This document shows, piece by piece, positions 1 through 14,105 of a stretch of 64,000 bases of DNA (the first letter of the stretch is position 1; the number at the start of each line of letters is the position of its first letter). This DNA is from Somniosus microcephalus (taxonomy: Eukaryota). The notes beneath the pieces are model-generated. The model had not been told where the DNA came from and did not search any database. It saw only the letters and a program-made list of their open reading frames with translations. Position numbers and translations under genes: made by a program. The stretch covers positions 54,498,001-54,562,000 of the forward strand of contig CM126222.1 in assembly GCA_052327205.1 (NCBI GenBank), in the 5' to 3' direction.

Positions 1-599
1 TGTTCAGTTATCATGACCTAAGCCTTTCACTGATACTGTAGGAGCCAGGGAGTAGTGACTTGTTTGGATGTGACTTGACCCTTTTTCCAAGTAAGTGTTT
101 TAATGTACTGGCTCTATTTCATGATCTTTGTATACAGGGCTTTTCAACCTCGAGCATTGCCGTTTTTGTGAAAATAGCTCACATTGCTGTACTATCCTCG
201 GACTGTATTTTGTGAAGAATTGAAAAATCTGAAGAAAATAGTGTGTAAATCAGTGCCATTGTGGTTAAAAAAAAATGGTGTCAGGAACAATTAAAAATAA
301 CTGGGGGAAACTATTTTCATGGTGGTATAAAACTGTAGGTTTACTCTGGTAAACTTTTGTACAGTCAATCAAGCCTTTTGTCTCCGTGGTGTTTTGTAAA
401 CAAAGTATGTATAAATCAGATGTACATCAACTGAGACTTCAATTAGCAAAATGTGACTAATCACATGTACCAAAAATTAGGTGGACAATAATCCTTAAAC
501 TTAACTTCAACATAGCCAAAAGGCAGCACTTTACCAAGAAGTGAATGGATGTAAAGCTGCAGCATCCATGTTGGACCAAGCTTTTGGTCACCTGTATAT

Positions 600-1050
600 G
601 ATCATAAAATCATACAGCACAGAAAGAGGCCTTTCGACCCATCGTGCCCGTGCCGGCTCTTTGAAAGAGCTGTCCAATCAGTGCCGCTCCCCTGCTCTTT
701 CCCCATAGCCCTGCAATTTTTTCCTCTTCAAGTATTCATCCAATTCCCTTTTGAAAGTTGCTATTGAATCTGCTTCCAGCACCTTTTCAGGCAGTGCATT
801 CCAGATCATAACAACTTGCTGTGTAAAAAAAAAAAACCTCCTCTGGTTCTTTTGACAATGACCTTAAATCTATGTCCTTTGGTCACCAACCCTCCTGCCA
901 GTGGAAACAGTTTCTCCCTCTTTTACTCAATCAAATCCCCTCATAATTTTGAACACCTCTATTAAATCTCCCCTTAATCGTCTCTGCTCTAAGAAGAACA
1001 ATCCCAGATACTCTAGTCTCTCCACATAACTGAAGTCCCTCATTCCTTTT
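600..1050 (-). mobile_element. CR1 LINE 3' fragment
   Basis: Reverse complement of CR1 ORF2 end, 3' UTR and tail; clearly similar to the + strand copy at 52410-52982. Confidence 0.85.
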
Positions 1051-2164
1051 CCTTGGGCTGCTGAAAAGTAAAGGTGCCAGAATTACTTTTCATCCCCAGT
1101 GAACTTCTGATGGGAGGTAAAATGGCAAGTTCCATATGACCCTCAAAATACCACTGAAAGTGAAACTCTAGGATGTTGCACTGACCTCTAACAATCTTAT
1201 AAATTCAAATGAACTGATTATCATCTCTAGCTCGGGTTGATCTAGAAGTGACTCTCATGCTGCACACTCTGTCATCGAAAGATGCTAAGTACACAACCCG
1301 CGGAGTTACTTGTAAGATTTTGTTTCCGTATTGGTTACCTGTAAGCACCTGTGACGATCTGACTAATGCTTGGGTAAGTCAACTGTAGGTTCCATTAGAG
1401 CAGAGTTTATGGGCTGTCTTTGCTAATGATCCACCAACTTATAAAGTCCATGTTCTACACATAGCAGATCAGAATTGTGTAATTATTTCTTGCATTGTAA
1501 AATATGTTTAGATTGAATTTGGCCTGAAACATTTTGCTCTGAAGATATGCAGAGTTCATGTAGGTTTCTGAAGATTCACTGAGTGTACAATGAATTCAGT
1601 GCCATTCATTTTAATATTTAAGGTACTAATCGCAACAGTACCTGTGCTAAATGAACTTAAAATCATATAATAATGAATAAGAAAGCTACAATAAATAATG
1701 ATGTGAAGCTTAAGGAAGTAAGTAATTGGTCAAATTGAGAAATTACGAATACCTTGATTACCATCTTGCTGTAGAAACTGATTTTAACAATGTCTATCCT
1801 ATACAAATGACATTTGGGATGATGGTAGCTTATAAAAGTAATGTGGGGTTAAATATGAATCAGTTTCCACATTAGGAGTGTAAAAAAAAAAGAAAACATT
1901 AGCATTGGAAGACAGCCACCATACTCAACATCAATACTCCTTTTAGAAGGTTTAGAAATAATTTAGATTGTTTTTTTTTCCTGTATCAGCTTGTTGACAT
2001 TTTGCCCTCAAGGAGTGAATGCTGTTGACCTACCAAAAGAACTAGTTGAAAGGAGTTACTAAACTGGACTATATGAGAAAATCAAAGGTATAGCAGTAGA
2101 TAATTTATTAGTCCATGGTGTACTCGTGATCTTAGCATTCCATTTATGCATTGATTCAGCTTCT

Positions 2165-2458
2165 GGCCTTGATTGGTAGCACTCACATCTGTGGGTCAGA
2201 GGATATAGGTTCAAGCCCCACTATAGATTTGAGCATATATTCTAGGCTGCAGTACTGAGGAAGTGTTGCACTGTTGGAGGTGTTTTTATTTGGAAGAGAT
2301 GTTGACCCAAGGCCCTGTCGACTTGCTCAGGTAAACTTAAAGATGCCATACACTAATTGAAGGAAGAACAGGGAATTCTGCTGGTGCCATGGCCAGATTA
2401 TTTGGTCATTCATTTCTTTGCTTTTTGTGGCCTTGCTGTGTACAAATTGGCTGCTGGG
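2165..2458 (+). mobile_element. tRNA-derived Deu-domain SINE (SacSINE1/AmnSINE-like), degenerate
   Basis: ggtagcactc..gtcaga..ggttcaagcccc head; tgcagtactgagg..tgcactgttggaggtg core; aaattggctgc end. Confidence 0.7.
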
Positions 2459-5400
2459 CACAGGCTATTCGCCAAAGCTTCAGCAGTTACTATGAGCAGC
2501 TATGGCTGTAACATAGATTTCACATTGGTCTGGTGACAATGCATCTTTTTTATTTCAATTTTACATATTGCTACATTTTATAATACAAATGCTGTGATAG
2601 TCCCACAAATCAGATCCCATGGTCACTTCTTGCCCAGCTGTGTGGTACAATATCACTTTTAGTTTAAGTACCTGCCACACAAGCAAAAGCTGACTGTCCT
2701 CCATGACTACTGGCATGAGTAAAGGTGGAACTGGAAAAGATAATGAATCAAGACGTTTCTATGGAGCACACAGAGGAACACAATCTGGAATATGTTCCAA
2801 AGCATTAAAATATCTTGAGGTTGAGGTGGGTTTCATAACCCAGACGAGCTTCCCCGTCTCAACCCCTCGATGTACGACTGCCTTGTAATCCACTCCAGAC
2901 TGTGTTATCCCTTAAATACTGCTGTTTCTCTCTCTGTGGACTCTCTCTTTCCCATAAACAGTCTCTGAGCAGTCGCGAGTGGGGGCAGAGGGCAAGACAA
3001 CTGAGCTGGACACGGTACAGCTGATGGGAGCTCATTTTCATTTGATTATTTTTATTAATATATTTAATATACATAGGCAAGAAATGCAAGAGAATATTTT
3101 ACACGTGACCTGCCATATTAATGTCAACATCTGTCAACAATAGTAGTTCCACTCTTTTGCATAAGACGATTAAGAGTTCACAGTGTGTATTTGAATATCA
3201 GACTGCTGTGACTCAATCCACTCACAGCCCTGGGGGAATCACGTGACTCATCTCCTTGGTAACCAGACACATTCTGTTCCCTTTAAAAATCCCCCACCTC
3301 TGCTCCCCATTGTTTTATTAGCTTGCCTCCAGGTGGGATCTGAGCCTGGAAGGGCACATGACACGTGTTGCCAATGCAGAAAATTTGTCAAAACACTTCT
3401 CTTTACGCACTCTGGACAGGTGTCTTAAGTTTGTGAACTTCTAAAAAAAATTTAATTAATGTTTGTAACTGTAAATTGTCCTGCATGTTAAATGCAATCA
3501 CTAAGTAGCCTTATTTACCTGATAATAATCTGACAGCCAGTTATACCTGTTCAGCCTTGTACTCAACAGAGAGCGGCCGCTTGTTTACAAACCATTTACA
3601 AAAGGTTTCAAGCACAAATCAGTCCTAAATCGTTCATTAAAAGAGATTTTCATCAGGGTACAGATCCACGCTGAGTACATTAAAATGCACTAACTCGTGA
3701 TTTACAGCTGCACATCAAGTTAATGCATCTTTAACAATCTCAAGTCTAACAGACAGACATCATGTAAACATTCTATGTACACTTTTTTTTGCCCAGCAAG
3801 ATTTTACTGGCCAGGTTAACATGAAGTGAAAAATCTATAGATCTGTCTGCCGCAGATGTAAATAAGTTGATCCACTACAGATGGAGTGTAGAAAGTTCAC
3901 ATATCTTTATGCTGATCTGTTTAAAGGACATGCACGTCAGTCAGCTATACTGACTGAGCAAGTCATCCCAATCAGCAGTGAAAACAGGGCGCCTAGAAAT
4001 AAAATTGTTATATTTCATTGCAGGTAAATTAGGTTGTTGTTATAGGCAACCTGTAGGTAAACTGTAAAACAGTGACTTCATTCTTTGGGGAGGGGTAAGG
4101 AAGGTAATTTATCTTCCCTTTTTCTATTCTCTAAGTCGCCTCATGCTCCAACCAAAGAGTATGCCTCCCGCAAGGCAGGTACACAGATATGGACCAGGGT
4201 AATTCCCCTCCTCCAATTTTGCACCACTCCCTGTGAGGGCACATCTGGCCTCCACGTAGCACTTTAATGTGGTGGTGGCGGCGCTGAGATTAAGAATTCA
4301 TCCTGTGGGGAATCCTAAACACGAACCCACATATTACTCAGCGTCACAAATCCCAGTGCACAGTGACATCAAGCGTACAGCACCATCACTCCACCCAGCC
4401 ATATCCCGACGGGTGGCTTTTCAAACAGGTAATCTGGGAGTTAGAGTAACTGAAAGACAAGAATTTCAGCTGGTTTGTAATGAACTTAACTTTCCGACAC
4501 ACTGTTGGGTGTGGGTCTGCTCTTCAAGAGAGTATACTGAAAAATTGAATGAGCCTGTCTCGACTCCCATCTTTAGCAAAGCATTTATCTTACCATGCCC
4601 CTCCCTGATCCAAGTGTAATCTTTAATCATTTGTTTTCAGTATTCTGGCATCTGCTGAAGTGAATCTAGGGCCCACAATCTTAAGCAATTAAATATCTGA
4701 TTTCATTTGGTAGTGACACCGTGATAACATCTCCATTTGACTGTTGGCACAGCTTTGCTTTATGTAATCCAAAAGCATGGAGTGTGATGCCAAATAATGA
4801 AAGTTAAGATCATTTGCAGCTATATACTGTAGAAGCCATAAGCAATGTGAACAGAAGATGAACGCTGTTAGTTGTACAGTAATCTGAAAGGTTTACTGAC
4901 CATTTTGTACACATGCCAGTAACCTGAAATAAGGAGCATCCCTATTCTTGTCAAATGGCTGGATTGTCATTTCTTAAGGTTTCCAAACAAGATCTGAAGA
5001 GGCAGAATTAGTGAAATCATGTCATTTTAATTTCTGGACTGAAAAAAATTGAAGTTTCTAAAATATTGATTGCATGTGTGAAGCCTCATGGCAACCGTTC
5101 CACTGTAGCAAGAACGTTCCCGTCAGCTACTAATGGCAGACATGGAAATTGAGTTTTTGGAGCAGATTCTGGTTGTCCCAGAATTGAGCCTCTTCAAAAG
5201 GGCGATGATATCACTTTAATGTAAAACAAAATTCACGGTTGTTTCAGCATGTTATAAGAAATGTTGTAGCTGTTGGTTTTAGTGCAGTAAAAGCAGTGAA
5301 ATTGATGAAAACTGTGAGGAAGAGCTGAAATCCCTTTAAATTTAATCTACGCCATATATTTGTACACCTGGCTAGTGGGATCCACATTCAAATCCACAGG

Positions 5401-8400
5401 ATTTTTGCCCAAGCCATTTCTGGACAGTCTGCTCCATTTAAGCACGGAGTGCAGCTTTTCACTTGTGAGTAATGTTTTTTGAGTCCATAAAACACTTAGA
5501 CAACTGATAACTGGTCCCCATTCTCACTGCTGCACAAATCAGTTAACAATCCATCTAATTAGGTCAACTCAACATCCCATTACTCATGGCATAGACCAGA
5601 TAGCCAATATAAATGATGTGCATCTCCAGTTTATAATTGCCATATTGTAAATATAACACAGAAATTTGAAATAAATTAGGGTTTATTCTACAGCATCATT
5701 TGTGCATGGTTCAGATAAGAGTCTGAAGTTGAGCAGTTAGCAATACGCCTTGGAGGATGGCACAGTTTAGAGCTGTTTATTTTCAAAGAGTGAGACTGGA
5801 AAGAAACTATTCTTAAACGAAATTGTCACTCAGAATAAATAAAACTTGACAAGATACAAGGGTTACGCTGCAGCTTCTTGCCCCTTAAACTTTCTATTTT
5901 TGTTGTGCTAACCGTATGCAGTTTATTCCGTAGCGTTAGTGCTCCCGTAGTTGAACAGGGGTCTCTTTCCCTCCGCCACCACCCCCCCCCCCACCCCCGA
6001 TATATGCATGAGCAACTTAGGACATTGGTGACACTTGGCTCCGAGGTCAGGAAAGGGCAGCAGGTCTTAAGGTCAGCGCAAAAGCAGTCATGTGAGATTT
6101 GCTAACAGAACCAATGCTGACTCTGCAATTTTATCCCAGGATCATGACCTAGTTCGTTCAGAATCAGATTACAGGCCGCTCATGCACTAAATTAAATAAA
6201 TAAAAGTTAAAATTGTAGAGACAGTTTCTCTTTTGTTGGTCTGAGCTGGGATTTAATTAAGCAATAATTTGCCCTAAAGAGTAGTAGGTTACGTCTGATT
6301 GAGCGAAGGGCTCAGAAAATTGAACCTCCAGTCAAGGAGAGAGTTTACCAGTTCTGTTGATAACGCAACTGCGAGTTTAAAATAACGGAGCATATTGTTA
6401 TTTAACCGTCCTTTGCAGCATATTCGATCCTTTCCACGCCATATAATTATGAACTCCGATGTTACCCCTGCACTTGAAAAACTGCCACTTACAAAACTGC
6501 TTCCATTGACTGGAGGAGGTGAGCCGCTTCTGATCCAGCTCAGTACCTGTATATATTTGATCTATTTCTCAAATGTCTGCGCAGTGTAATTACCACAGTT
6601 ACGATGCTATGGGTGGTACCTGCTTATGGGGCTGGCAGCCCAAGTTATACTGACTACTCTAAACCATCCTCTGGTCACGGAAAATGAAGCACAGAGCTCC
6701 ATTACCCAGCATCCAAATGCCAATTACATTTTGCTACTAAACAGCAGCAACTTAGTTGGCTGTTTGTTACCAACAAGAAGATTAACAATTTTTGACAGCG
6801 TTTTAAAGCTCACTTGATACCGGATTTGTAGCAGACTTACATTCTTAGGGTGGTCTCACACTCTCTGCCTAACTTTGATTGGAGCTATACTGTACACATC
6901 GCATCGCCACAAAGCCAACGCAGTTGTGCATCAGCACAAAACATGTGGTAGAATTGTCTTTACAACCCCTTCCGAAAGCATTAAATACTTTTTTTTTGAA
7001 AAGACAAGCTAAATTTATATATGATATTTAAAGCTATCGCCTGAAATAGGAGCTCCTTGTTCACTGTTAACTGAATTAGGAAAACAAAAACTTTTATTTA
7101 TATGATTTACCTGGAACCAATGGACATTTTTGGAGCACAGGAGGATCTGCATTCCGTAGGCCTGCAGGGTAAAGCAAGAGCCTGTAAACAAGGGATTTAA
7201 AATGTGGGTCGTGCACAAGGCCTTTTTTTCCACAGTATTCCCAGCATAGATAGCTTTCCCCACAGCAATGATATCTGGGTGTTGTGGGGCCCAGGTGAAA
7301 CGCCCACCGATTGCAGCACCTGAAGAAAGGCCATTCCCTCCCCATTACCCAATGATTTAGCTTTGCTTTACTGTTTTCTTACTCCTGTGTGATCACTGAC
7401 ATTTCCAATCTGTGTATTAACCTTGCTACAAAAATGCACAAAAAACAGATGCAACTGAACAGGAGTTTTAACAAAATTATGAGGCAAATAGCAAACAGAT
7501 GGAAAGTTGAAACGCAACATCAAAATAACAAGAGGTCACGTTTCAGTTCCTTGACCTTACCTACCCAAATCTTGAAAAAGTCGATTTTTTTTTTTGGTGT
7601 GTTGGCTGCTATCCTATATGAGATTGTTCTGATAGATTCCAGATGAGATCATGCAGCTATGGTTTCACTGCAAAGCAACAAATCTCAGATTCCACCAGCA
7701 AAGCTGAGGATCCTTCACAGGCTGTCAGTGTGAGGAAACCGTTACCGAGGATGAACCACCAGCTCAGATTTGACTTTCCTGATTATGTACTCTGACCGCA
7801 CCACCTCCGAACATAAGATTAAAATTGTTCACATTCTCCAAAAGTCCAGGCTTTACAACGGATTCACAGCAAAAATGTTAGTGCAAGTCACCATAGTTAT
7901 TTCCTCTGATCTTGCAAACCTATTGTCACTTTCTGCTTCAAAGAAAACTGCAACACATGCATCAGGATGGTAATTTAATACTGCTTGGTGCATGAACTGA
8001 CTCAAGAGCAGAGGTGAGTGCAAATGCTGAGCGAGCATTTTTGGCCATCATAATTAATCTGACCCTGAATTGAATATGTTCTTTCAGTGTAAAGGGGACT
8101 GAAATGTGTGGAAAGTGAAGATCTTACCATCTGTTCTGCACATTTTGCTCATTGTCTTCTAATATCCATCACCGTACTTTTGTGAACTAGAGGTTTGGGG
8201 GGTGGGGGCAGAAAAAAAATCAATGAAAAATATACCTGATTCTCGGAAAGTAGCAAATTCCTCAGAGTTAATGTCCCAGTGGTCAATTAGAAACTTAATG
8301 CTAAATGGCTCGGTGTAGAAATCTATCTATTGAACTGTTCAAAAGCAGCAGTGAATGGTCGAATGGTAATCTAGTCTAATTAGTGATTCAGAGATGACCA

Positions 8401-8519
8401 CATCAAGCTGGGTCCTCGCTCAACAAGACCAAGCTGGCCCTGTCAGGATGTGATTGTTACAGTAATCGCCTTAGACAATGCAGTGCACTGAAGGCAGCCT
8501 TTGCTTTGTTTATTTCTAG

Positions 8520-8655
8520 ATCCATCAGGACAGGCCTGAGCCTTCTCTGTGAGGAACTGAGGAATGAAGGGGAGCCCAAGAAGAAGAAGCAGTGTAAACT
8601 TTCTGGGAGGGAAAGCAAAGGACAGGAATATGATGGCAATAAGACGGGGTCAGAG
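8520..8655 (+). CDS. BAHCC1: BAHCC1-like coding exon A (first found in window)
   Basis: tttctag|A...GAG|gtcagt; 136 nt, phase 2->0; SIRTGLSLLCEELRNEGEPKKKK resembles recalled BAHCC1 VRTSLGLLCAELRG..EPAKKR. Confidence 0.8.
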
Positions 8656-8739
8656 GTCAGTAAATGTTTTTTTTATTGTGTTTTTAAAAAATGCGTGTCT
8701 AGTGTGTGGACTAGGCTCTTATGACAGCTCAGTTTATAA

Positions 8740-9208
8740 AGAAACTTGTGTGGATCTGAACCATACTGACCAGAAGTTCTCCTCCAGCTTCACTCCCAAG
8801 TCTGTGCTAAGTTAGCTGATCTCAGCTCGTAGCTGGTGATCGAGGTGCGGCAGTGAGGCTCCGCACCCTCCGCTAGGGAGGGAGAAATCAGCCAGCGAAC
8901 CCAATCATGATCAATATCCCGTGACTCCTACTGGGAAGTCCGTGCTTGTGGACATCAGGCGAAGACTGGATTGGGCTTGGCATTGATGTTCCCCCCCCCT
9001 CCCACCAAGACGATTGTCATGTCTACCAATCGTCCCTGTCCAGGTGGATACATAATCACTTGGGCAAGATACTGGAGGGCGGACAACACCCATGGTACTT
9101 CCTACATTACGACAGTGACTACACTTCAAAAGTACTTCATTGTCTGTAAAGCGCTTTGGGACGCCCGGAGGTCATGAAAGGCGCTATATAAATGCAAGTC
9201 TTTCTTTC
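8740..9208 (+). mobile_element. LF-SINE-like element with L2/Deu-type tail
   Basis: gttagctgatctcagc..gggagggagaaatcagccag core; tail gactacacttcaaaagtacttc..ggcgctatataaatgcaagtctttcttt. Confidence 0.7.
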
Positions 9209-9364
9209 AAGAGTCGACGCTTTCAGGGGAAGAGGGGAGAATATTAGAGGAAAAACTATTTTACTGTAAATCCTTCTGTTGAGATTTTAAGAAAATTTAC
9301 AATACCAAGACAGGGATCTCTTTTTAAAGTTAAAGCAATAAAGTTTGCTGACAAAGCTTGGTGC

Positions 9365-10072
9365 AGGGAGAAATTGGGTTGAGCTGCAAACGGGGCGCCA
9401 AGCTCGCCTGGGCGCCAGATTTTACGCTGCGATCGGAGCAGCAGCGATCGCCGGAAATTCAGCTTGAGCGCCCCAAGAGGGACACGGGGCGAGGCTCGAG
9501 GCGCTCCACGTCCCTCTTAGGGCGCTGAAACTGAATATCGCAGTGCAACGTGCCACAGCGCCACACGCTGTGGCACGGCGCGCTGCGGTACTGCAGGCCT
9601 TCCTCCCATTCTTAAGGGGGAGGGGCCTGCACCAGCGCGATGAGCGATCGCGAGTGCCGGCAAAAGAGCCCGGCACCGAGGAGAAGTGCCGGGCTCTCGG
9701 GACACAGCCGGCAATGCCGCGGGGGGAGAACAGGAGGCCGGGGATGGAGGTGCTGGCAGGCGGCCGCCGGAAAAAACGGCCACCCCGCACCTCCACCTTA
9801 ATTTGCGCCACTGCCGCCACAGGTAGGCCCCGTGAACCGGGCGCGATTAGCGAGCGGTGCTACAGAGGCGGTCGCTGCCAAATATCGCGATCAGGGTGGT
9901 AGAGCGGCGCTGCGCACACCGATGACGTCATCGGTGGCGGCGCAGTGCAACAGGCTAACGCCGCCATTAGCGCCCCAGCTAAATATCGCGGGAGGCGTGG
10001 CCAGTGGCGCTAAAGCCACTGAGTGCCCTCTTTAGGCGCTAACTGGTGGCACAGCCCACCGAATTTCTCCCC
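9365..10072. mobile_element. CpG-rich non-autonomous DNA transposon (PIF/Harbinger-like MITE)
   Basis: TIRs GGGAGAAATTGGGT / ACCGAATTTCTCCC; GC-rich interior with no credible ORF; TSD unclear. Confidence 0.65.
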
Positions 10073-10871
10073 CACGTGTTTTTAATTTTTTTTTTATTAA
10101 TGAAGCTGCAGATTTAAAGACCTGATTTACCAAATATGAGCGCTGCAAGCCATACTGAGCAGAGTGCACCGGGCAGGGTTCACGGGCAGGATACACCATA
10201 GCTGTATTAAATGTAAATTGACAAAGCTTGTCGAGGCAACAACACGGTGCAGCAAGTGTGAATGCATCAAGTGGGGAAACCGGATGAAGGACGGGGGCAG
10301 AACGATGACATTTTGGGTTGTCGGATTCCATTTCAGTCTATCGGTTTAACTGAAAATAAGAGTTTTAAAAGACCAGACCCAAAATAAAAAAAGTAAAAAC
10401 CTCCTGTTGTTCCTTCAGGAATATACAAGCATGAGTCGCCAAAAGATTCCCAGACTCTGCTGTACCACTTGCATCGATCCTCAACTTTACAGCTGAGGAT
10501 CAATTCCAGTGTTTTATATGGTATTAAAGTCGAACTAATCGGTAAATGAATTACATGTGTCTATTTTGTCACCTTTTTTTGGAAAGTGGACACCTTGCTA
10601 TCCTGTTTCCAAATACACTGGTCCCACCCCAGTGTCCAGTAATTTCATTATAATCACCGTAAGTGCCTCACAAATCTCTTCCCTAGTCTCAGTACTCAGG
10701 GATGGATGCCATCTGTCGCTGGGGATTTATTTCTTTTGAGCGCATTTAGTCTGTCTCGGGACTTCCATCTCATTTATATCAGGAAGTTATTACGAATGTA
10801 TAAAATTGACGGGCGGGAAAAGTCCAGCTGGACCATCAAGCCAGATGGCCAGAGCATCATGACTAAACAGT

Positions 10872-11416
10872 TCTTCCCTCCACCTCTCCTCTCTTCCTCT
10901 CTCCTCTCCCCTCTCCCCCTCTCCTCTCTCTCCCCCTCTCCTCTCTCTCCCCCTCTCCTCTCTCTCCCCTCTCCTCTCTNNNNNNNNNNNNNNNNNNNNN
11001 NNNNNNNNNNNNNNNNNNNNNNNNNNNNNNNNNNNNNNNNNNNNNNNNNNNNNNNNNNNNNNNNNNNNNNNNNNNNNNNNNNNNNNNNNNNNNNNNNNNN
11101 NNNNNNNNNNNNNNNNNNNNNNNNNNNNNNNNNNNNNNNNNNNNNNNNNNNNNNNNNNNNNNNNNNNNNNNNNNNNNNNNNNNNNNNNNNNNNNNNNNNN
11201 NNNNNNNNNNNNNNNNNNNNNNNNNNNNNNNNNNNNNNNNNNNNNNNNNNNNNNNNNNNNNNNNNNNNNNNNNNNNNNNCCCTTTCCTCTCCCCTCTCTC
11301 CCCTTTCCTCTCCCCCCTCCCCTCTCCTCTCTCTCCTCTCTCTCCTCTCTCTCCTCTCTCTCCCCTCTCTCCCCTCTCTCCCCTCTCTCTCCTCACTCCC
11401 CTCTCCCCCCTCTCCC

Positions 11417-11467
<51 letters not shown>

Positions 11468-11490
11468 TCCTCTCCCCTCCCCTCCCCCCA
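10872..11490. repeat. CT-rich simple repeat containing a 300-N assembly gap (10980-11279)
   Basis: (CT)n/(CCCTCT)n on both sides of the N run. Confidence 0.97.
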
Positions 11491-12013
11491 TGTAATCTCC
11501 TGGGGGAGGCAAAAAAAAACAGAGATTAATTCTGCTCAGGTCATCTTTGCTTGTAGCGGGCATGTTGCTCATGCCTCCCCTTGTGGATACTTGTTCCTGA
11601 CTCATGTTCCTCTTTTTTCAGTGCAGACGAGGGGAGGAATGTGCACAGGCCATTCTCATCCTGTATTCTACATATTAAAACACGTATTTTCTTTATGAAA
11701 TATCTCAGATGCCTCATGGTCCATCCGGAAATGATGTCATGGGTCAGTAGCCCAGTGGAGCAATTCATTTGACAGCAGGGGTCAGGCAGCATAGATGGGG
11801 AGTATAATTTAACAGATAAATTCAACATTTCAAACTGTTCAACATTATGGTTTTAAGTAGGAGCTGGTTAGCTCTCAAAAGTACTTTTGTCAAATATGAG
11901 ATAGACATTGGCGTGGCAGTAATGAAATAGTTCTCAAAATAACTGGCAATATACACCAATATAAATAAATGGCTGCATCTTTTAATCGTACATATAATAT
12001 GGATTTCTTTTAG

Positions 12014-12284
12014 ATTAAACCAAGAGCAAAAAAGGACATCCTTCAAACCAACCTCACGTCTCAGTTGGGAAAGTACAGCTCAAGGCCAAAGCAGAAGGTA
12101 CTGAGTAAAGCTGCAAATAAATCGCACACGGCAGCCATCCTGAAATCTGCCAACACCAGCCCCTTCAGGGGGAAAGCATCAGTCCTGCCTGGCAAGATTC
12201 AGAAACAACTGGGAAAAGCAAAGACTTCCTCAATACCACACAGCCAAGATAGAACAAAGCATATTACAGCAACTTCGGAAACAG
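12014..12284 (+). CDS. BAHCC1: BAHCC1-like coding exon B
   Basis: ttcttttag|ATT...ACAG|gtaagt; 271 nt, phase 0->1; open Lys-rich frame IKPRAKKDILQ...ATSET matching the 12065 ORF frame. Confidence 0.75.
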
Positions 12285-12399
12285 GTAAGTGACTGTTAGA
12301 AGATCTGGAGCTCGGTCAAGAGTTTCACAAAAGTAATGACGTACACAAGGTCGTAAAACCACATGCACTCGCAGCTTGATTTTTAAAAAAACCCCACAA

Positions 12400-12860
12400 A
12401 AACTGGAAATCTGAAACAGATACACTAAAGGCTAGAAATACACAGCCGGTTAGTCAGCACCGGAGAGCACAGACAAGTTAATGATACAGGAAACTTTGTG
12501 CTATCCGGCACCGACGGGACCGAGCTGTTGCCGTTCCCTCAAAACTGCCGGACACACCAGCGTTAATGTTGAAGCATACGGAGATTTTCATCTCCGTATC
12601 TGGCAACAAACGCCGTTGCTTAGCAACAGCTTCTAAACAGTCGGCCGTACCTTGGAAGTGTCTCTGTCGCTTAGCAACAGCTTCAGAGAGACTTTGCAGA
12701 GCCTGACTGTTGGGAAAAAAAAGCCACAAGAAGAATAAAAACCTAACAAAACGGCTCCTGATTTTTGCCGGTGGCTCGAGCTTGCCGGATATTTAGCCTC
12801 CGGATAACACACAGTTTCCTGTAACTAGTATAAACCTTCATCAGGACTGGAGAAATGAAC
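12400..12860 (-). mobile_element. Penelope 3'-end remnant interrupted by a MITE
   Basis: Minus strand reads ccagtcCTGATGAaggttt..[MITE]..cattaacttgtctgtgctctc..gctgtgtatttctagc..tttcagatttccag, similar to the Penelope end at 49220-49320. Confidence 0.55.
12487..12821. mobile_element. Tc1/mariner (Tigger-like) MITE family A, copy 1
   Basis: TA|CAGGAAACT...AGTTTCCTG|TA; related copies at 14439 and 19883. Confidence 0.88.
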
Positions 12861-13859
12861 AGCGTTTACTGTATATAGAAACAGAACCAAGGGAAGAGGT
12901 GAAACAAAGCACACACTTCCTCTCTTGCACATATATTTTTAAATTAAGCTAAGCTTATTGGGATAAGTTCTCTTCCTCTTCCCCCACCCACCACTATAAA
13001 CACCAGAGCGTGTCGTACTTAGTACATGTGTAACAAGTAATTGTTCATCAGTGCCAATATTGTGCCCTGATTGGTACTTTTAAATTTCTCCGACCGCAGA
13101 CTTTGCCCCATATCCACATGTTTGGATTAATTGTATGACTTTGAAATACTTGTTCTAGAACAAACTTTCAGGTGGCAGGAGCTTAATTTTAAATCCAGGT
13201 CATCTATACACACACGCACACACTTCTTTTTCAGATGCTGAAGAACTTAGGCTACCTGTAATTGTTCATAGGAAACATGGAAAAATGAGGCTATTTTGCG
13301 AGAATTTTCCTGTCCCACACCCCTGACATCGGCTGATAGGTTTCTTTAAGATCAGTTTCTTAAAGTGCACATTTGTAAATTATTCGGTTTAACTAGTCAA
13401 TCTCCTGTGGCATTGCATATGGGGAGTCAAGTAGTCTTTAGGTGAAGCAGGGTTAGAGGGCAGGAGTAATTGGACCAGAGCATGCAGATATAATTCAGTT
13501 TATTACATCGTGCCCCTAATTTGATACATAATACTTTGATTTTGTGTTATTATTGATAGTTACATAGAAAAATTTACAAGCACTTAGAGAAGTAGAGTTG
13601 ATTGGCACAAAGGAGTATCACTGCAGTACAGGCTGGGGAGAGGGAGAGAGACGCAAAACTAAGACACAACTAGTGGGAGGACTTAACTACAGTGTGACAG
13701 GATTACCTAGGCAGTTTCCATTATGAACGTGGACATAGGAATTTATATGCAAAAGCTGACACAAAAGTCTGACAAAAACGTGACAACAGGAAGTAGAGTT
13801 TTGTGGACAGGAATGATTGGAATAATAATTGAAGATGCCAACTTTGTTTTAACTTACAG

Positions 13860-14105
13860 CCTTGAAAATGGAATCGGGAGAAGAAGATGGTTTATCGAGT
13901 AGTAAAACTACTTTTGCAAAAAACAAAGTGGCTCAGAAGGCTAACTCTGTCATTAAAAAGAAGCCTGGTCTTCAACAGAAGAGAAGGGCTGCTGGGGTCA
14001 AAGTGCAGAAACCCATCAGTAAGAAGCAGAAGCAGGAAGTTCAGGCCACGGTGAATGAAAAGGAATGGATGTCCACAGAGAGTGATGGTTTCTCTTCAGA
14101 CGCTG
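13860..14105 (+). CDS. BAHCC1: BAHCC1-like coding exon C
   Basis: ttacag|CC...GCTG|gtatgc; 246 nt, phase 1->1; LKMESGEEDG...ESDGFSSDA. Confidence 0.78.

Noticed and set aside
1-8500. Upstream BAHCC1 exon (RRGPGRPRKRK AT-hook region)
   Set aside because: Searched by eye and not found; probably 5' of the window.
9422-10035. CpG-island-like region with several ORFs, possibly a promoter or gene
   Set aside because: Bounded by TIRs, so it is a MITE; the ORFs are GC-richness artefacts with no recognisable domain.
10706-11698. 330-aa ORF
   Set aside because: Runs through CT repeats and the N gap.
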